Counted from the first letter of the stretch, positions 30,403 to 40,389 are shown. The stretch is 64,000 nt of DNA from Candidatus Bathyarchaeota archaeon (GCA_963771885.1 CAVYVF010000002.1:434208-498207); one strand, 5' to 3'. Notes: generated by a model from the letters alone, not told the origin. Translations and numbers: made by a program.

Positions 30403-31689
30403 ATGCCAGACGCATATACGGAAAACTCCGTCAGGAGCGTTGACGAGTTCAAACCTAGTATCCTCTCTTTGAGGCGCCGCGCGGCGCTGAGGAACGAGTG
30501 GCTCAGAGACCGCCTTGACAGCTACTTACCCGAGCTCATGCAGAGAGAGGGATTCCCCATGTGGGTAGTGATAGCGCGGGAGTACAACGAGGATCCTGTC
30601 ATCATGTCTTTGCTCCCGGAGCCATTTATGTACGCCCGCAGGAGGACCATCCTGCTCTTCGTGAGGAGGAAGGACGGGAGCGTCGAACGCCTTACATTCG
30701 CGCGCTATGGAATGGGCGACTTCTACAAGACTCTCTGGGACCCTGACAAGGAGGAGCAGTACGAGTGCCTTGCACGGGAAATAAGGAAGCGCCGACCCGG
30801 GAAGATTGGTATCAACGTCTCCGAGACGACGGCCTTTGGAGATGGCCTTACCCACGGAGAGTATAAACAGCTCGTGAGGGCTCTCGGGCCAGGGTATTCG
30901 AGAAAGCTCGTAGGCGCCGAGACGCTGGCAGTGGGTTGGCTCGAACATAGGACGGCAAAACAGCTTGACGCCTATCCTGGAATAGTCGCTATTACTCACT
31001 CCCTCGTCGAGGAGGCATTCAGCTCACGTGTCATTCACCCCGGCGTCACGACGACGGAGGACGTAGCCTGGTGGCTTCGCCAGAAGATGGTAGATCTGGG
31101 ATTGGAGCCTTGGTTTCCGCCAACGGTCGATCTCCAGTCCCGCGACCAGCCCCATGACAAGCCTGCAAGTAGGAGCATTATACGCCCCGGCGACCTCCTA
31201 CACTGTGATGTTGGATTCTACTACCTTGGACTCGCGACCGACGTCCAAAGGAACGTCTACATACGAATGGATGGTGAGACAGATGCTCCAGAAGGCCTCA
31301 AGGCGGCACTGAGGGACGCTAACCGGCTGCAGGACATACTCGCTGGTGAGATGAGGATAGGGCGCACTGGAAACGATGTCCTCAAGACGACGAGGGAAAA
31401 GGCGATCGCCGATGGCATCAACCCTTCCATCTACACTCACCCCCTCGGAACCCACGGGCACGCCGCCGGCACAACGATAGGGCTTTGGGACAAGCAAGAG
31501 GGCGTCCCCGGTAACGGGGATTATCCGCTCCATTCCGACACCTGCTACGCGATCGAGCTCAATGCGAAGAAGAAGGTGCCAGAGTGGGGTGGGCAGGAGG
31601 TGAGGATGAGCCTCGAGGAGGACGCGGTATTGAATGCGGATGGGTTACGGTGGCTCAGTGGGAGACAGACCCGCCTATACCTCATCTAG
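30403..31689 (+). CDS. M24 family metallopeptidase
   Basis: REYNEDP, GDLLHCDVG, TDVQ, YTHPLGTHGH, IELN, LEED. Confidence 0.88.
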   Translation: MPDAYTENSVRSVDEFKPSILSLRRRAALRNEWLRDRLDSYLPELMQREGFPMWVVIAREYNEDPVIMSLLPEPFMYARRRTILLFVRRKDGSVERLTFARYGMGDFYKTLWDPDKEEQYECLAREIRKRRPGKIGINVSETTAFGDGLTHGEYKQLVRALGPGYSRKLVGAETLAVGWLEHRTAKQLDAYPGIVAITHSLVEEAFSSRVIHPGVTTTEDVAWWLRQKMVDLGLEPWFPPTVDLQSRDQPHDKPASRSIIRPGDLLHCDVGFYYLGLATDVQRNVYIRMDGETDAPEGLKAALRDANRLQDILAGEMRIGRTGNDVLKTTREKAIADGINPSIYTHPLGTHGHAAGTTIGLWDKQEGVPGNGDYPLHSDTCYAIELNAKKKVPEWGGQEVRMSLEEDAVLNADGLRWLSGRQTRLYLI

Positions 31690-32837
31690 TCGTAGACAAA
31701 CTTGCCGTAGGGAGACTTTAGTTCTAGTGCGTTGGCGCCTCTCGACTCCTCGCACCGGCCTATGACCTGAGCACCAAGTCCGAACCGTTCTACGGCGCTT
31801 AGAACATCGTCGACGCAGCCTGGGGCTACGACGAACTCGAAGCCGATGCCCATGTTAAAGTCTTGGTACATCTCCCTCCACTCGACGCCCGATTCCTTTT
31901 GTATGAGGTGGAAGATTGGGTCGGGTTCAGGGAGGCTGTCCTTAACGTACTTGATGTTCTTACCGACGCGTAGGCACTTCGTCTGCCCGCCACCCGTGTT
32001 GTGGATCATCCCGTGGGCTGCTCTGTCGACCTTTCTCAGAACGGCGGCTGCGACGGGGGAGAAGAGCCTCGTGGGGGAAAGAAGAGCTTCCCCGACAGTC
32101 GCGTCCAACTCCTCCGGCTCATCATCGAGCCCGAACCGGCCAGTGTACCTGCCACGAGCCGGGTGGGAGATCTCGGGGTACTTCTCTAGGTACTTCGGCG
32201 AGAGTAGGCAGGTCCTCGCGAGGGTGTGCCCGTTGCTCATAATGCCGCTGTTGTAGGTTCTCTCGAACCTGCAGGGTCCACCGCTTTGGAGCCCGACGAT
32301 AATGTCGCCCGGCTTCACGGCTTCACCCGATACGACGTCGCTCAACTTGATGCGTCCATAGGCTGTGACGCAGACGTCCAGCGTCCTGAGAAGGTCGGGG
32401 AGGTCTGCCGTCTCGCCCCCGGCGAAGGCGACCGGGGAACCCTCACGCTCAAGCGTTTCCTTGCAGTCGGCGAAGCCGTCTGCGAGGGCGCTGAGCATAG
32501 CAACCCTGTCGATGTTCAGTGGGTTGTATGCGACGTAGTCGACGAAGCTGACTGGGGTGGCGCCGACGCAGAGTACGTCGTTAATGTTCATCGCTAGGGC
32601 GTCCTGTGCCAGCCCGTGGAACCACTTCGCGTCTCCCGTCTCCTTGTACATGATGTACGCCTGAATTGGTTTGCTGCCCGCTGAGTCTGTGTGCAATACC
32701 AGTCCAATTGAGGCGTCGATTGGGTCACGCTGTATTACGCAGAAAGCGCCGGGATACAGGTTCTCTATAGCGCCTTTGAACTTCTCAATCCCCGGCTTCC
32801 TGACGTCAACGCCGAGTTCCCTATAGCGTGACCCCAT
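31686..32837 (-). CDS. purM: phosphoribosylaminoimidazole (AIR) synthetase, long type
   Basis: YRELGV, HTDSAGSK, AMNINDVLCVGA, GGETAD, SNGHTLAR, HNTGGG, FNMGIG. Confidence 0.85.
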   Translation of the reverse strand: MGSRYRELGVDVRKPGIEKFKGAIENLYPGAFCVIQRDPIDASIGLVLHTDSAGSKPIQAYIMYKETGDAKWFHGLAQDALAMNINDVLCVGATPVSFVDYVAYNPLNIDRVAMLSALADGFADCKETLEREGSPVAFAGGETADLPDLLRTLDVCVTAYGRIKLSDVVSGEAVKPGDIIVGLQSGGPCRFERTYNSGIMSNGHTLARTCLLSPKYLEKYPEISHPARGRYTGRFGLDDEPEELDATVGEALLSPTRLFSPVAAAVLRKVDRAAHGMIHNTGGGQTKCLRVGKNIKYVKDSLPEPDPIFHLIQKESGVEWREMYQDFNMGIGFEFVVAPGCVDDVLSAVERFGLGAQVIGRCEESRGANALELKSPYGKFVYD

Positions 32838-32880
32838 GACCAATCAACGGGGTAAAATGAGGCTTGACCGTTATAAGTGG

Positions 32881-33369
32881 TTAGGGCTCAAGAGGGACGT
32901 CCATACTCTCCTTAACTGGGTCGAAAACCATGATGGTAAGGGTCTTCGATATGCCTGGCACAGTCCTTAGCTTGTCCACGACGAACCTGCCCACCGCGTT
33001 TACATCCTTCTCCTTGACCTTGATGAGAAAGTCCCAGTCACCGGTGATTATGTGTACCTCCTGCACTTCGGGGTACTTGCCGACGATCTTGGCGACCTCC
33101 CTCTGGTTGAGGTCCTTATCCGCCCCGGGGGGCCTGTATGTGAAGCTGACGAAGATGAATGCCGTTGTGGGGCGCCCCAGCTTCCCGGCGTCGAGTATCG
33201 GCTTATAGCCGCGTATCACGCCTGTATCCTCGAGCCTCTTTATTCGGCTGTAGACCGTCGTGATCGGCGACTCTATCCTTATGCTGATGTCCTTCGCCGA
33301 CATCTTCGCGTCCTCCATCAATAGTCCGAGTATATCACGGTCCTTCTCATCCAGGGTGACAGTTGACAT
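32881..33369 (-). CDS. Lrp/AsnC family regulator
   Basis: LDEKDRDIL, TVYSRIKRLE..GVI, ITGDWDFLIKV. Confidence 0.92.
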   Translation of the reverse strand: MSTVTLDEKDRDILGLLMEDAKMSAKDISIRIESPITTVYSRIKRLEDTGVIRGYKPILDAGKLGRPTTAFIFVSFTYRPPGADKDLNQREVAKIVGKYPEVQEVHIITGDWDFLIKVKEKDVNAVGRFVVDKLRTVPGISKTLTIMVFDPVKESMDVPLEP

Positions 33370-33680
33370 GGAAAAAATACAGTGTTGAAACACTATTTAA
33401 GAACTTTTTATACTGCCTAACCGAAAATCCCGTAAAGCTCCTAGGGGTTGACGAAGTAGACCTTGATCACGGACTCCTCGTATGACAACGAGAAAGTTGG
33501 GTGAGATGCATTTTACCTCTGAGAAGACGACCTCGGTATCCGCACTAGTCGTTCTGTGGTTGGTTAGCCACTTTAAACATTCCAACGAAATCAACCAGCT
33601 CGTGTGCGAAAAACAGATCCTGAAAAGGATGAAGATCACGTACCAACAGAAAATATTGAATATTAAACCAAGTTGGAGAA

Positions 33681-34055
33681 TTAGAGGAGGCTCTTGAGTC
33701 CGGGGTCAGTCTTCTCGAGCTTCCTGCAGTTGTCGATCGTCTCGAACGCCCGCCTTATGTGGGGAACGGTGATCGAGCCGCCGACTATAACGCACACATT
33801 AAGCGCGTCGTAGAGCTCCTTATCGGTTGTGCCGAGCTGTAAGAGGCGGACAAGATGGTAGGTAACGCAGTCGTCGCAACGTAGAACCATGCTCGTTGTT
33901 AATCCGAGAAGCTCAAGCGTCTTCTCGTCGAGCGCTCCCTCCTCGTATGCCCTGCTGTCGAGCGCCCAGAAACGCTTGAGGCCTAGGTGCCCGCAGTTGA
34001 GTATGCGCTCGTTCATCTCCTTCCTGAACTCGTTGTACTCCTGTAGGTTCTTCAT
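33681..34055 (-). CDS. carboxymuconolactone decarboxylase / AhpD-like protein
   Basis: GALDEKT.EL.GL..S.VLRCDDCVTYH. Confidence 0.85.
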   Translation of the reverse strand: MKNLQEYNEFRKEMNERILNCGHLGLKRFWALDSRAYEEGALDEKTLELLGLTTSMVLRCDDCVTYHLVRLLQLGTTDKELYDALNVCVIVGGSITVPHIRRAFETIDNCRKLEKTDPGLKSLL

Positions 34056-34137
34056 AGGCGTGGTTTTCTCCTAGCGAGGCTAAAAACCCTGCCACTTAGG
34101 GTGAAGGTTTTATTCCGCCTCACGCCTTTGCTTCGCC

Positions 34138-34908
34138 GTGAATACAATAGCCGAGGGCGACGACGTCCTCCTCTACCTCGATAGGGAACGTACCTACCAG
34201 CTCAGGGTCAAGGCTGGGGAACAGTTCCACACCCATAAAGGCTTCATCGTCCTCGATGACCTCATCGGCAAGCCCTTCGGCTCAACCGTCGTCAGTAGCC
34301 TCGGCATCAGCTTCTACGCGATACGCCCACTAATCAGGGATAGAGTACTAAAGACGGATAGACGGACACAGGTCCTCTATCCAAAAGATATCGGCTACAT
34401 ACTCTACCAGCTTGGGATAGGCAACGGATCGACGGTGGTTGAGGCGGGGACGGGCAGTGGTGCGCTCACCATGTCTCTAGCGAACGCGGTCTGGCCCGAG
34501 GGTAAGGTCTACACATACGAGATCGACGCGAGGAGCCAGAAGATCGCTGCGGGCAATATCGACAGGTCGGGTCTACGCCCCGTCGTGGAGATGAAACTCG
34601 GCGACATAACACAGGGGATCGAGGAGAGCGGAGTTGACGCCGTGTCACTTGACTTAGCGACTCCGTGGCTTGTCATCGACCACGCATGGAACGCCCTCGC
34701 GGGGAGCGGCGTCTTCCTCAGCTTTAGCCCGACGATAGAGCAGGTGATGAAGACTACTTACGCCCTTGAGGCGAAGCCCTTCATAGAGGTTGAGACCGTG
34801 GAGCTCATCATGCGCCGAATAACCGTAGCGGAGAACAAGACTCGCCCCGAGACACTAATGATAGGGCACAGTGGCTATCTCACCACTGCGCGCAAGATTA
34901 TTCCCTAG
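34138..34908 (+). CDS. trmI: tRNA (adenine57/58-N1)-methyltransferase
   Basis: FHTHKG, TQVLYPKD, EAGTGSGAL, LDLATPW, FSPTIEQV, GHSGYL. Confidence 0.93.
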   Translation: MNTIAEGDDVLLYLDRERTYQLRVKAGEQFHTHKGFIVLDDLIGKPFGSTVVSSLGISFYAIRPLIRDRVLKTDRRTQVLYPKDIGYILYQLGIGNGSTVVEAGTGSGALTMSLANAVWPEGKVYTYEIDARSQKIAAGNIDRSGLRPVVEMKLGDITQGIEESGVDAVSLDLATPWLVIDHAWNALAGSGVFLSFSPTIEQVMKTTYALEAKPFIEVETVELIMRRITVAENKTRPETLMIGHSGYLTTARKIIP

Positions 34909-34943
34909 TTAATTTATCTATCCCCTTGAAGTTCTTCTGATTC

Positions 34944-35952
34944 ATGGAGCTAGTCAAGCCGAGGCGCCTATCTGTCGGAGCCAGGGTGCGAGTCATCGCA
35001 CCAGCTAGTAGCATGGACATCCTCGACACAGGCGCCGTCAAGAGGGGCGTAGAGAACCTGGAGAAGATCGGGCTTAGGGTCGAGATAAGTCCTCACGCGA
35101 CGCGTCGGCATGGTCATGCCTCTGGGAACTCCTGAGGAGAGGGCAGCCAGTCTCATGAGCGCCTTCAAAGACAAGAGCATCGAGGGAATAATCTGCGCCT
35201 GGGGAGGCTGGAACTCAAGCGACGTCATAGACCTCCTCGACTACCCGGTTATACGAAGTAATCCCAAGGTCTTCATCGGCTACAGCGACATAACCACCCT
35301 TAACGTCGCCCTGCTCGAGAAGGCTGGGCTCGTCAATTTCCAGGGGCCTGCTCTTATCACGTGGACGCACCAACACCTCATGGACTGGGAGGTCGAGGAC
35401 TTCAAGAGGGCGACGATGACTACTGCCGTCCCACGCATACTCGAGGCAGCACCCACCTACATCGACGACCCATACTACTGGCAGCACCCAGAGAAGGCGC
35501 CTCAACCAGTCGCCAACCCCGGCTGGAAGACTTATAGGGATGGTATAGTCGAGGGGACGCTCATCGGCGGGCACCTCGGCACGCTGCTCTCCCTCGCGGG
35601 CACAGATTACTGGCCGGAGCTAGAGGGAAGGATACTCTTCATCGAGGAGGATGAGGAGGGAGGCCCGACGGGCAGGATAGCGCGCGAGATGAGGCAGTTA
35701 AAGCAGACAGGCGCCTTCGGTGAGATCGCGGGGCTTATGGTTGGGAGGATCCCCACCGTGGCTGGTCTGAAGGAGGGCGACTCGCTGGATATGATCCTGG
35801 ATGAGTGCCTTGGGGGGTATGAGTTCCCGGTCGTGACTGGGGTGGATGTGGGTCACACAAATCCGATAGCCAGTGTCCCGGTAGGTATACGAGCGAGACT
35901 GGACGCTTTGGATAAGAAGTTAACCTACCTCGAGTCCGGGGTTGAGGATTAA
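34944..35952 (+). CDS. S66 peptidase (LD-carboxypeptidase/MccF family), apparent frameshift ~35125
   Basis: VIAPASS N-terminus, then GGWNS, FIGYSDIT, ILFIEE, DVGHT. Confidence 0.87.
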
Positions 35953-36045
35953 TACATTCTCAATAATTTGAGACAATCCGATCTATATTGGGTTATTCTT
36001 ATTTCTTGAGAGAATAACCTTTTACGTTGATACAATTATAGTTAA

Positions 36046-36420
36046 AAGGTGCCGTAGCCGCGGGCAACGGGCTTCCAAGGAACAGTAAGGCTGCGCTCTC
36101 TACTTGCCCAAGGGGGAGGCCGCCCCAACGGTAACGCGGAACGACGTTTGACGCGGCGCGGCTCCTTACTTCTAAAGCCCCGATGACATACGGATAAAAC
36201 CCCCACCCCGCATACTAATGGCGATAACGCGCAATACAGTTGCGTGTTAGAAACCATTGTTGACTGTGATCAGTTAAAAATAGGGGATTCTACAATAAGC
36301 CTCTGACGGTTCATCATAACGACACCTAACACGAAACAATGAGGGGTCTCCACTGGTTCAGTTTCAAGTGGGAAGCAAACAGTGTACGATGGATTGGTAA
36401 CACAGAATCTATATAGGTAC
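36046..36420 (+). ncRNA. candidate large structured non-coding RNA, family unknown
   Basis: Many complementary stems whose non-Watson-Crick pairs are mostly G-U on the + strand; promoter-like AATAACCTTTTAC at 36013-36025; no credible ORF. Confidence 0.55.
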
Positions 36421-36500
36421 GAGAATATGCTAGCCAAAAAAAATCTGCGGTCGATAAGATAAATCTAAATCACACTCGCAACCAACGATTATCGACAGCA

Positions 36501-37589
36501 TTGTTCGACAAAGAATCCATGAAGCTCATGAAGGAGATGATGGAGGCCTTCGGTCCAAGCGGCTTCGAGAGAGAGGTTAACAAATTATTCAAGAAGCACA
36601 TGACACCCTACGCGGACGAGGTCATACAGGATAAGCTCGGCTCGGTCGGCTTCGTCGCAAAGGGCACGAGTGACCGCCCACGCGTCCTCGTCACGGGGCA
36701 CACCGATGAGGTCGGCTTCATAATCTCGAGCCTTACCGATGAGGGCTACCTGACTTTCAACCAGCTCGGCGGCTGGTTCGACCAGGTGCTCCTCGGGCAG
36801 CGCGTCGTCATCAGAGGCAGCAAGGGCGACGTTCATGGCATCATCGCGAGCAAGCCGCCCCACGTCCTCTCTGAGGAGGAGAGGAAGAAGGTCGTTGAGA
36901 AGAAGGATATGTTCATCGACGTCGGTGCCACGAGTAGGCAGGAGGCGGAGGAGTGCGGGCTCAAGGTTGGCGATCCCGTCGTCCCGTACAGTATGTTTGA
37001 GGTTATTCAGAATGGCAAGGTCGCGATGGGCAAGGCGTTCGACGACCGCATTGGCGCCTTCGTCTTCGCTGAGGCTATGAAGAGGATGAAGAAGCAGAAG
37101 ATGACGCACCCTAACACCCTATACGGTGTAGCCACCGTCCAGGAGGAGGTGGGACTCAGGGGCGCACAGACCATAGCGCACGTCGTTGACCCAGACGTCG
37201 CCATAATCCTCGAGGTCGATATCGCCGGCGACGTTCCCGGAATAAAGCCGCAGGATGCGCAGGCCAAGATGGGGAAGGGTCCGAGCATGCTCACCTTCGA
37301 CGCGGGCATGATCCCGAACCAGCCGCTGAAGGAGTTTGTGATCGAGGTGGCGAGGCAGAGCCAGATCCCACTCCAGCTAAGCCAGATGAAGGGCGGCAGA
37401 ACGGACGGCGCCCCCATACACATGAGCAGGGCGGGCTGCCCCACCGTCGTCATAAGCGTCCCCACGCGCCACATACACAGCCACAGCGGGATGCTCAGCC
37501 TCAAGGACACCGAGAACACGGTTAGGCTCGTCATGGAGCTCGTCAAGAGGCTTGACGCGAAGACCGTCGAGGGATTCACCGCCCTCTAG
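36501..37589 (+). CDS. M42 family (TET) aminopeptidase
   Basis: GPSGFE, GHTDEVG, KAFDDRIG, QEEVGLRGA, GRTDG, RHIHS. Confidence 0.92.
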   Translation: MFDKESMKLMKEMMEAFGPSGFEREVNKLFKKHMTPYADEVIQDKLGSVGFVAKGTSDRPRVLVTGHTDEVGFIISSLTDEGYLTFNQLGGWFDQVLLGQRVVIRGSKGDVHGIIASKPPHVLSEEERKKVVEKKDMFIDVGATSRQEAEECGLKVGDPVVPYSMFEVIQNGKVAMGKAFDDRIGAFVFAEAMKRMKKQKMTHPNTLYGVATVQEEVGLRGAQTIAHVVDPDVAIILEVDIAGDVPGIKPQDAQAKMGKGPSMLTFDAGMIPNQPLKEFVIEVARQSQIPLQLSQMKGGRTDGAPIHMSRAGCPTVVISVPTRHIHSHSGMLSLKDTENTVRLVMELVKRLDAKTVEGFTAL

Positions 37590-37630
37590 GGCGGAAACCT
37601 GATACCCAGCTCACGAATATCTATCCCTCG

Positions 37631-38425
37631 ATGGGCGAGATCACCGTAAGGGATGTAACCGAAGCAAACATCGAGGACGTTTTCCGGGTTTGCAGCCACT
37701 CCATGCTCGACGACCCACTCCAGAAGGAGGGCATCGAGATTCGCCGTCACTGGATACGCGAAATGCTAAGGGAGTACGGAAGCTGCGTGAAGATTGCCTA
37801 CCTCGGTGAGAAGCCGGTCGCCCACCTCATGTTCTACCCCGAGGAGGCGGCGGAGTATCTCCCCGCCCCGCGCAGGGGAGTAGTCCTCCTCCGATGCGTC
37901 TACAATCCCTTCGAGGAGGCGCGTGGGAAGGGCGCCTCGACGGCTCTCGTGAAGGATCTGATCGACGAGTGCAGGGGAGACCCACCGTACCTGAAGGGTG
38001 TGCCCTGCGACTTCATCGCCTCCGAGCCCTTCAACACCGGAGAGGGAACTCCTATGGAGAAGTTCTACGCATCAAACGGCTTTACGAGGAGAGGCGACGA
38101 GATGATCTACGAGTTGAAGGGCAGGTACGCCCCGCCTGTAAAACCCGTGTGGAACCCAGCCCACGCAAACAAGGACGCAGCCACGATCATCTACAATCCT
38201 ACATGTGAGTGGTCCTACGCCTCAGCCATCCGTGTGAGGGACGCGATTCAAAGTCTCTACCCGGACCTGTCCGTCTGGCTCATCGACCAGTGGCAGAAAC
38301 CCGAGGTCTCACTCAGCCTCGCCAACAAGTGGCTGATAGTAAAAGGTACACCCATCGTGAGCGGGCTCAGGGACAGGGAGGCCTTCGACCGCGAGGTCAG
38401 GCTGGCGGTCGAAGGCAGGTTATGA
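37631..38425 (+). CDS. GNAT family N-acetyltransferase with C-terminal extension
   Basis: ARGKGASTALV acetyl-CoA motif, FYASNGF. Confidence 0.75.
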   Translation: MGEITVRDVTEANIEDVFRVCSHSMLDDPLQKEGIEIRRHWIREMLREYGSCVKIAYLGEKPVAHLMFYPEEAAEYLPAPRRGVVLLRCVYNPFEEARGKGASTALVKDLIDECRGDPPYLKGVPCDFIASEPFNTGEGTPMEKFYASNGFTRRGDEMIYELKGRYAPPVKPVWNPAHANKDAATIIYNPTCEWSYASAIRVRDAIQSLYPDLSVWLIDQWQKPEVSLSLANKWLIVKGTPIVSGLRDREAFDREVRLAVEGRL

Positions 38426-39039
38426 GGGGCGCCATCTTCGACCTCGGCGGCGTCGCCGTAGAGTGGAGCAACGAGACCACATACAGGCACATCCAAGAAA
38501 GGTACGGGATACCCGCCGAGGATTTCAGACGCGAAGCCGAGAAGCACATGCCCAACGTCCAGACGGGGGACGAATCAGAGGAGCACTGGATGACTGATAT
38601 CTTCCACCACTTCGGTTTCCAAGGCTCAAGCGACGTCTGGGGCAAGACATTCGAGGCGGCGCGTTACAACGAGAAAGTCATTGATATCGTTCAGAGGCTG
38701 CGGAGAAACGGCTACCGCGTCGCGGCGCTCTCGAACCTGGAGCCTTCTAGGGCACGCTGGCTAAGGAGTCACGAAATAGACGCTCTGTTTGACCACGTCA
38801 TCTTCTCCTGCGAAGTAGGCATGCGGAAGCCCGATCTCCAGCCTGGGGGAAGACAGGATCTGAAGATTTACACATTGACACTTCAACGACTTGGACTCAA
38901 AGCCTGCGATTGTGCATTCATCGACGATAACGTCAACTGCGTCAACGCCGCGGAGTCCGCGGGCATGAGTGGGATCAGGTTCATAGATGCGCCTCGGCTC
39001 GATGCGGAGCTAAGGAGCCTGGGATTCAAAACGGACTAG
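38422..39039 (+). CDS. HAD family phosphatase
   Basis: IFDLGGV, LSN, GMRKPD, FIDDN..NV; ATG overlaps the GNAT stop. Confidence 0.9.
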   Translation: MRGAIFDLGGVAVEWSNETTYRHIQERYGIPAEDFRREAEKHMPNVQTGDESEEHWMTDIFHHFGFQGSSDVWGKTFEAARYNEKVIDIVQRLRRNGYRVAALSNLEPSRARWLRSHEIDALFDHVIFSCEVGMRKPDLQPGGRQDLKIYTLTLQRLGLKACDCAFIDDNVNCVNAAESAGMSGIRFIDAPRLDAELRSLGFKTD

Positions 39040-39464
39040 ATTATGGGGAAGGACCACCGCAGAACGTCCTTGACAGACTTGTTCACGTAGTCCCCGCACC
39101 TCTGGGCGATATTCGTCGCGGTGATCACACCGTAGATGACGCCCTGCTTGACGACCGGTACTCTCTTGATCCCCTTTGCCTGCATAAGCTCGGACGCCTT
39201 CAACAAGTCTTCGTCGGGGTCGATGGTAATCAGGGGTGTGGACGCGATCTGTTTTAATTCCACTCTCTTGGGGTCCTTCTCGGCGGCAAGGATCTTTGTG
39301 ACGAGGTCAAGCTCTGTGACTATGCCGTAGGGTTTGCCCTTTTCCAGCACGATGACGTAGCCCTTATTCTTGGCTACTAGTAGCTTCGCTGCGTCGACAA
39401 CCGACGCCTCGATTTCCAGAGTCGGGAACTCCTTGTCCATGTAGTCCTTTACATAGTATGACAT
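39036..39464 (-). CDS. CBS domain pair protein
   Basis: VKDYM, GIVTELD, IKRVPVV..GVIT. Confidence 0.9.
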   Translation of the reverse strand: MSYYVKDYMDKEFPTLEIEASVVDAAKLLVAKNKGYVIVLEKGKPYGIVTELDLVTKILAAEKDPKRVELKQIASTPLITIDPDEDLLKASELMQAKGIKRVPVVKQGVIYGVITATNIAQRCGDYVNKSVKDVLRWSFPII

Positions 39465-39512
39465 TGTCTCTTGTTCTAGGTAGAAGCCGGCGTATTTATA
39501 GTAAAGTTAGTG

Positions 39513-39597
39513 TGGCGCCGGGGATGGGATTTGAACCCATGTGAGCAAGCTCACGGACTTAGCAGGCCCGCTCCCTACCAGGCTAGGAGACCCCAGC
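39513..39597 (-). tRNA. tRNA-Ser(GCT), long variable arm, CCA encoded
   Basis: Reverse complement GCTGGGG...CTGCTAA...GTGAGCTTGCTCAC...GGTTCAAATCC...CCCCGGCGCCA. Confidence 0.95.
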
Positions 39598-39670
39598 GCG
39601 CGTCCCCCGTCGGGGTACGCTTTCATAGCAACTCAGCCAGCCATTTTAAGGCTTTCCCAGAACGGGGCGG

Positions 39671-40387
39671 CTATTTTTTCAACGTGGCGTCGGGCTGGGG
39701 TTTGAGCCTCTTGACGCTGCCCCTGCCGCCGACGTAAGCGAGGTGGGCGTAGCCGAGGAACATCCCGGTCTCGATGACTCCGGGGATAGCGTGGAGCTCG
39801 CGGTTCAACCACCAGGGGTCGGCTATCGGGCCGAAGTCTGCGTCGATTATGTAGTTGCCGTTGTCGGTGACGAGGGGGCCGAGCTTACCCGAGCTAAGTC
39901 TCAGGCTCACCTTCGCGCCTAGCTTTTCAACTCCCTTAAGGGCAGGTGTGACTCCGAAGGGGTGAATCTCTATCGGTACAACCTTGCCGTTGCCGAGGAC
40001 GTCGGTGAGTTTGGAGTCGTCGGCGATGAGTATGTACTCCTTGCACGCGGCGGCGACAATCTTCTCTCTCATCAGGGCGCCGCCTCCACCCTTTATCGCG
40101 TTGAGCTTCACGTCGAGCTGGTCTGCGCCGTCTATGCCGAGATCGAGCTGCGGGTGCTCATCGAGCGATGTGAGTGGTATCTTCGCTTTTATTGCCTCGA
40201 AGGCGGTTTGGATGCTCGTTGGTACGCAAAGGATATCGTATAACTCATCGGTGGCGATCAGCTCCCCTATGTATTTTATGGCGAAGGAGACGGTCGTCCC
40301 GCTCCCGAGCCCGAGCACCATGCCGTTCTCGATGTGCTTGACGGCCCTCATGGCTGCCTTCTTCTTCGATGCAGAGCCAGCGCTCAA
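39671..40387 (-). CDS. rpiA: ribose-5-phosphate isomerase A
   Basis: GLGSGTT, DGAD, KGGGGALMREKIV, TDNGN. Confidence 0.95.
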   Translation of the reverse strand: MSAGSASKKKAAMRAVKHIENGMVLGLGSGTTVSFAIKYIGELIATDELYDILCVPTSIQTAFEAIKAKIPLTSLDEHPQLDLGIDGADQLDVKLNAIKGGGGALMREKIVAAACKEYILIADDSKLTDVLGNGKVVPIEIHPFGVTPALKGVEKLGAKVSLRLSSGKLGPLVTDNGNYIIDADFGPIADPWWLNRELHAIPGVIETGMFLGYAHLAYVGGRGSVKRLKPQPDATLKK

Positions 40388-40389
40388 GT

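Noticed and set aside
33394..33680. Intergenic ORFs (33397-33639 minus, 33482-33697 plus) or a C/D sRNA
   Set aside because: No motif support and boxes too degenerate; may be a small decayed gene but cannot be supported.
36042..36257. 71-aa minus-strand ORF
   Set aside because: No recognisable motifs and atypical composition; G-U pairing favours a + strand RNA.
36046..36330. Identification of the structured region as SRP RNA, RNase P RNA, tmRNA, or a cobalamin/lysine riboswitch
   Set aside because: Only fragmentary resemblance (AGGTGC, GCCGCCCCAACGGTAA, AAACCCCCACC); the invariant cores of these families were not found by eye.
36342..36380. ORB-like sequences (reverse CCAGTGGAGAC and GTTTCAAGTGGGAAGCAAA) suggesting a replication origin
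   Set aside because: Only loose matches, no G-string, no cdc6/orc1 nearby; the same bases fit RNA hairpins.
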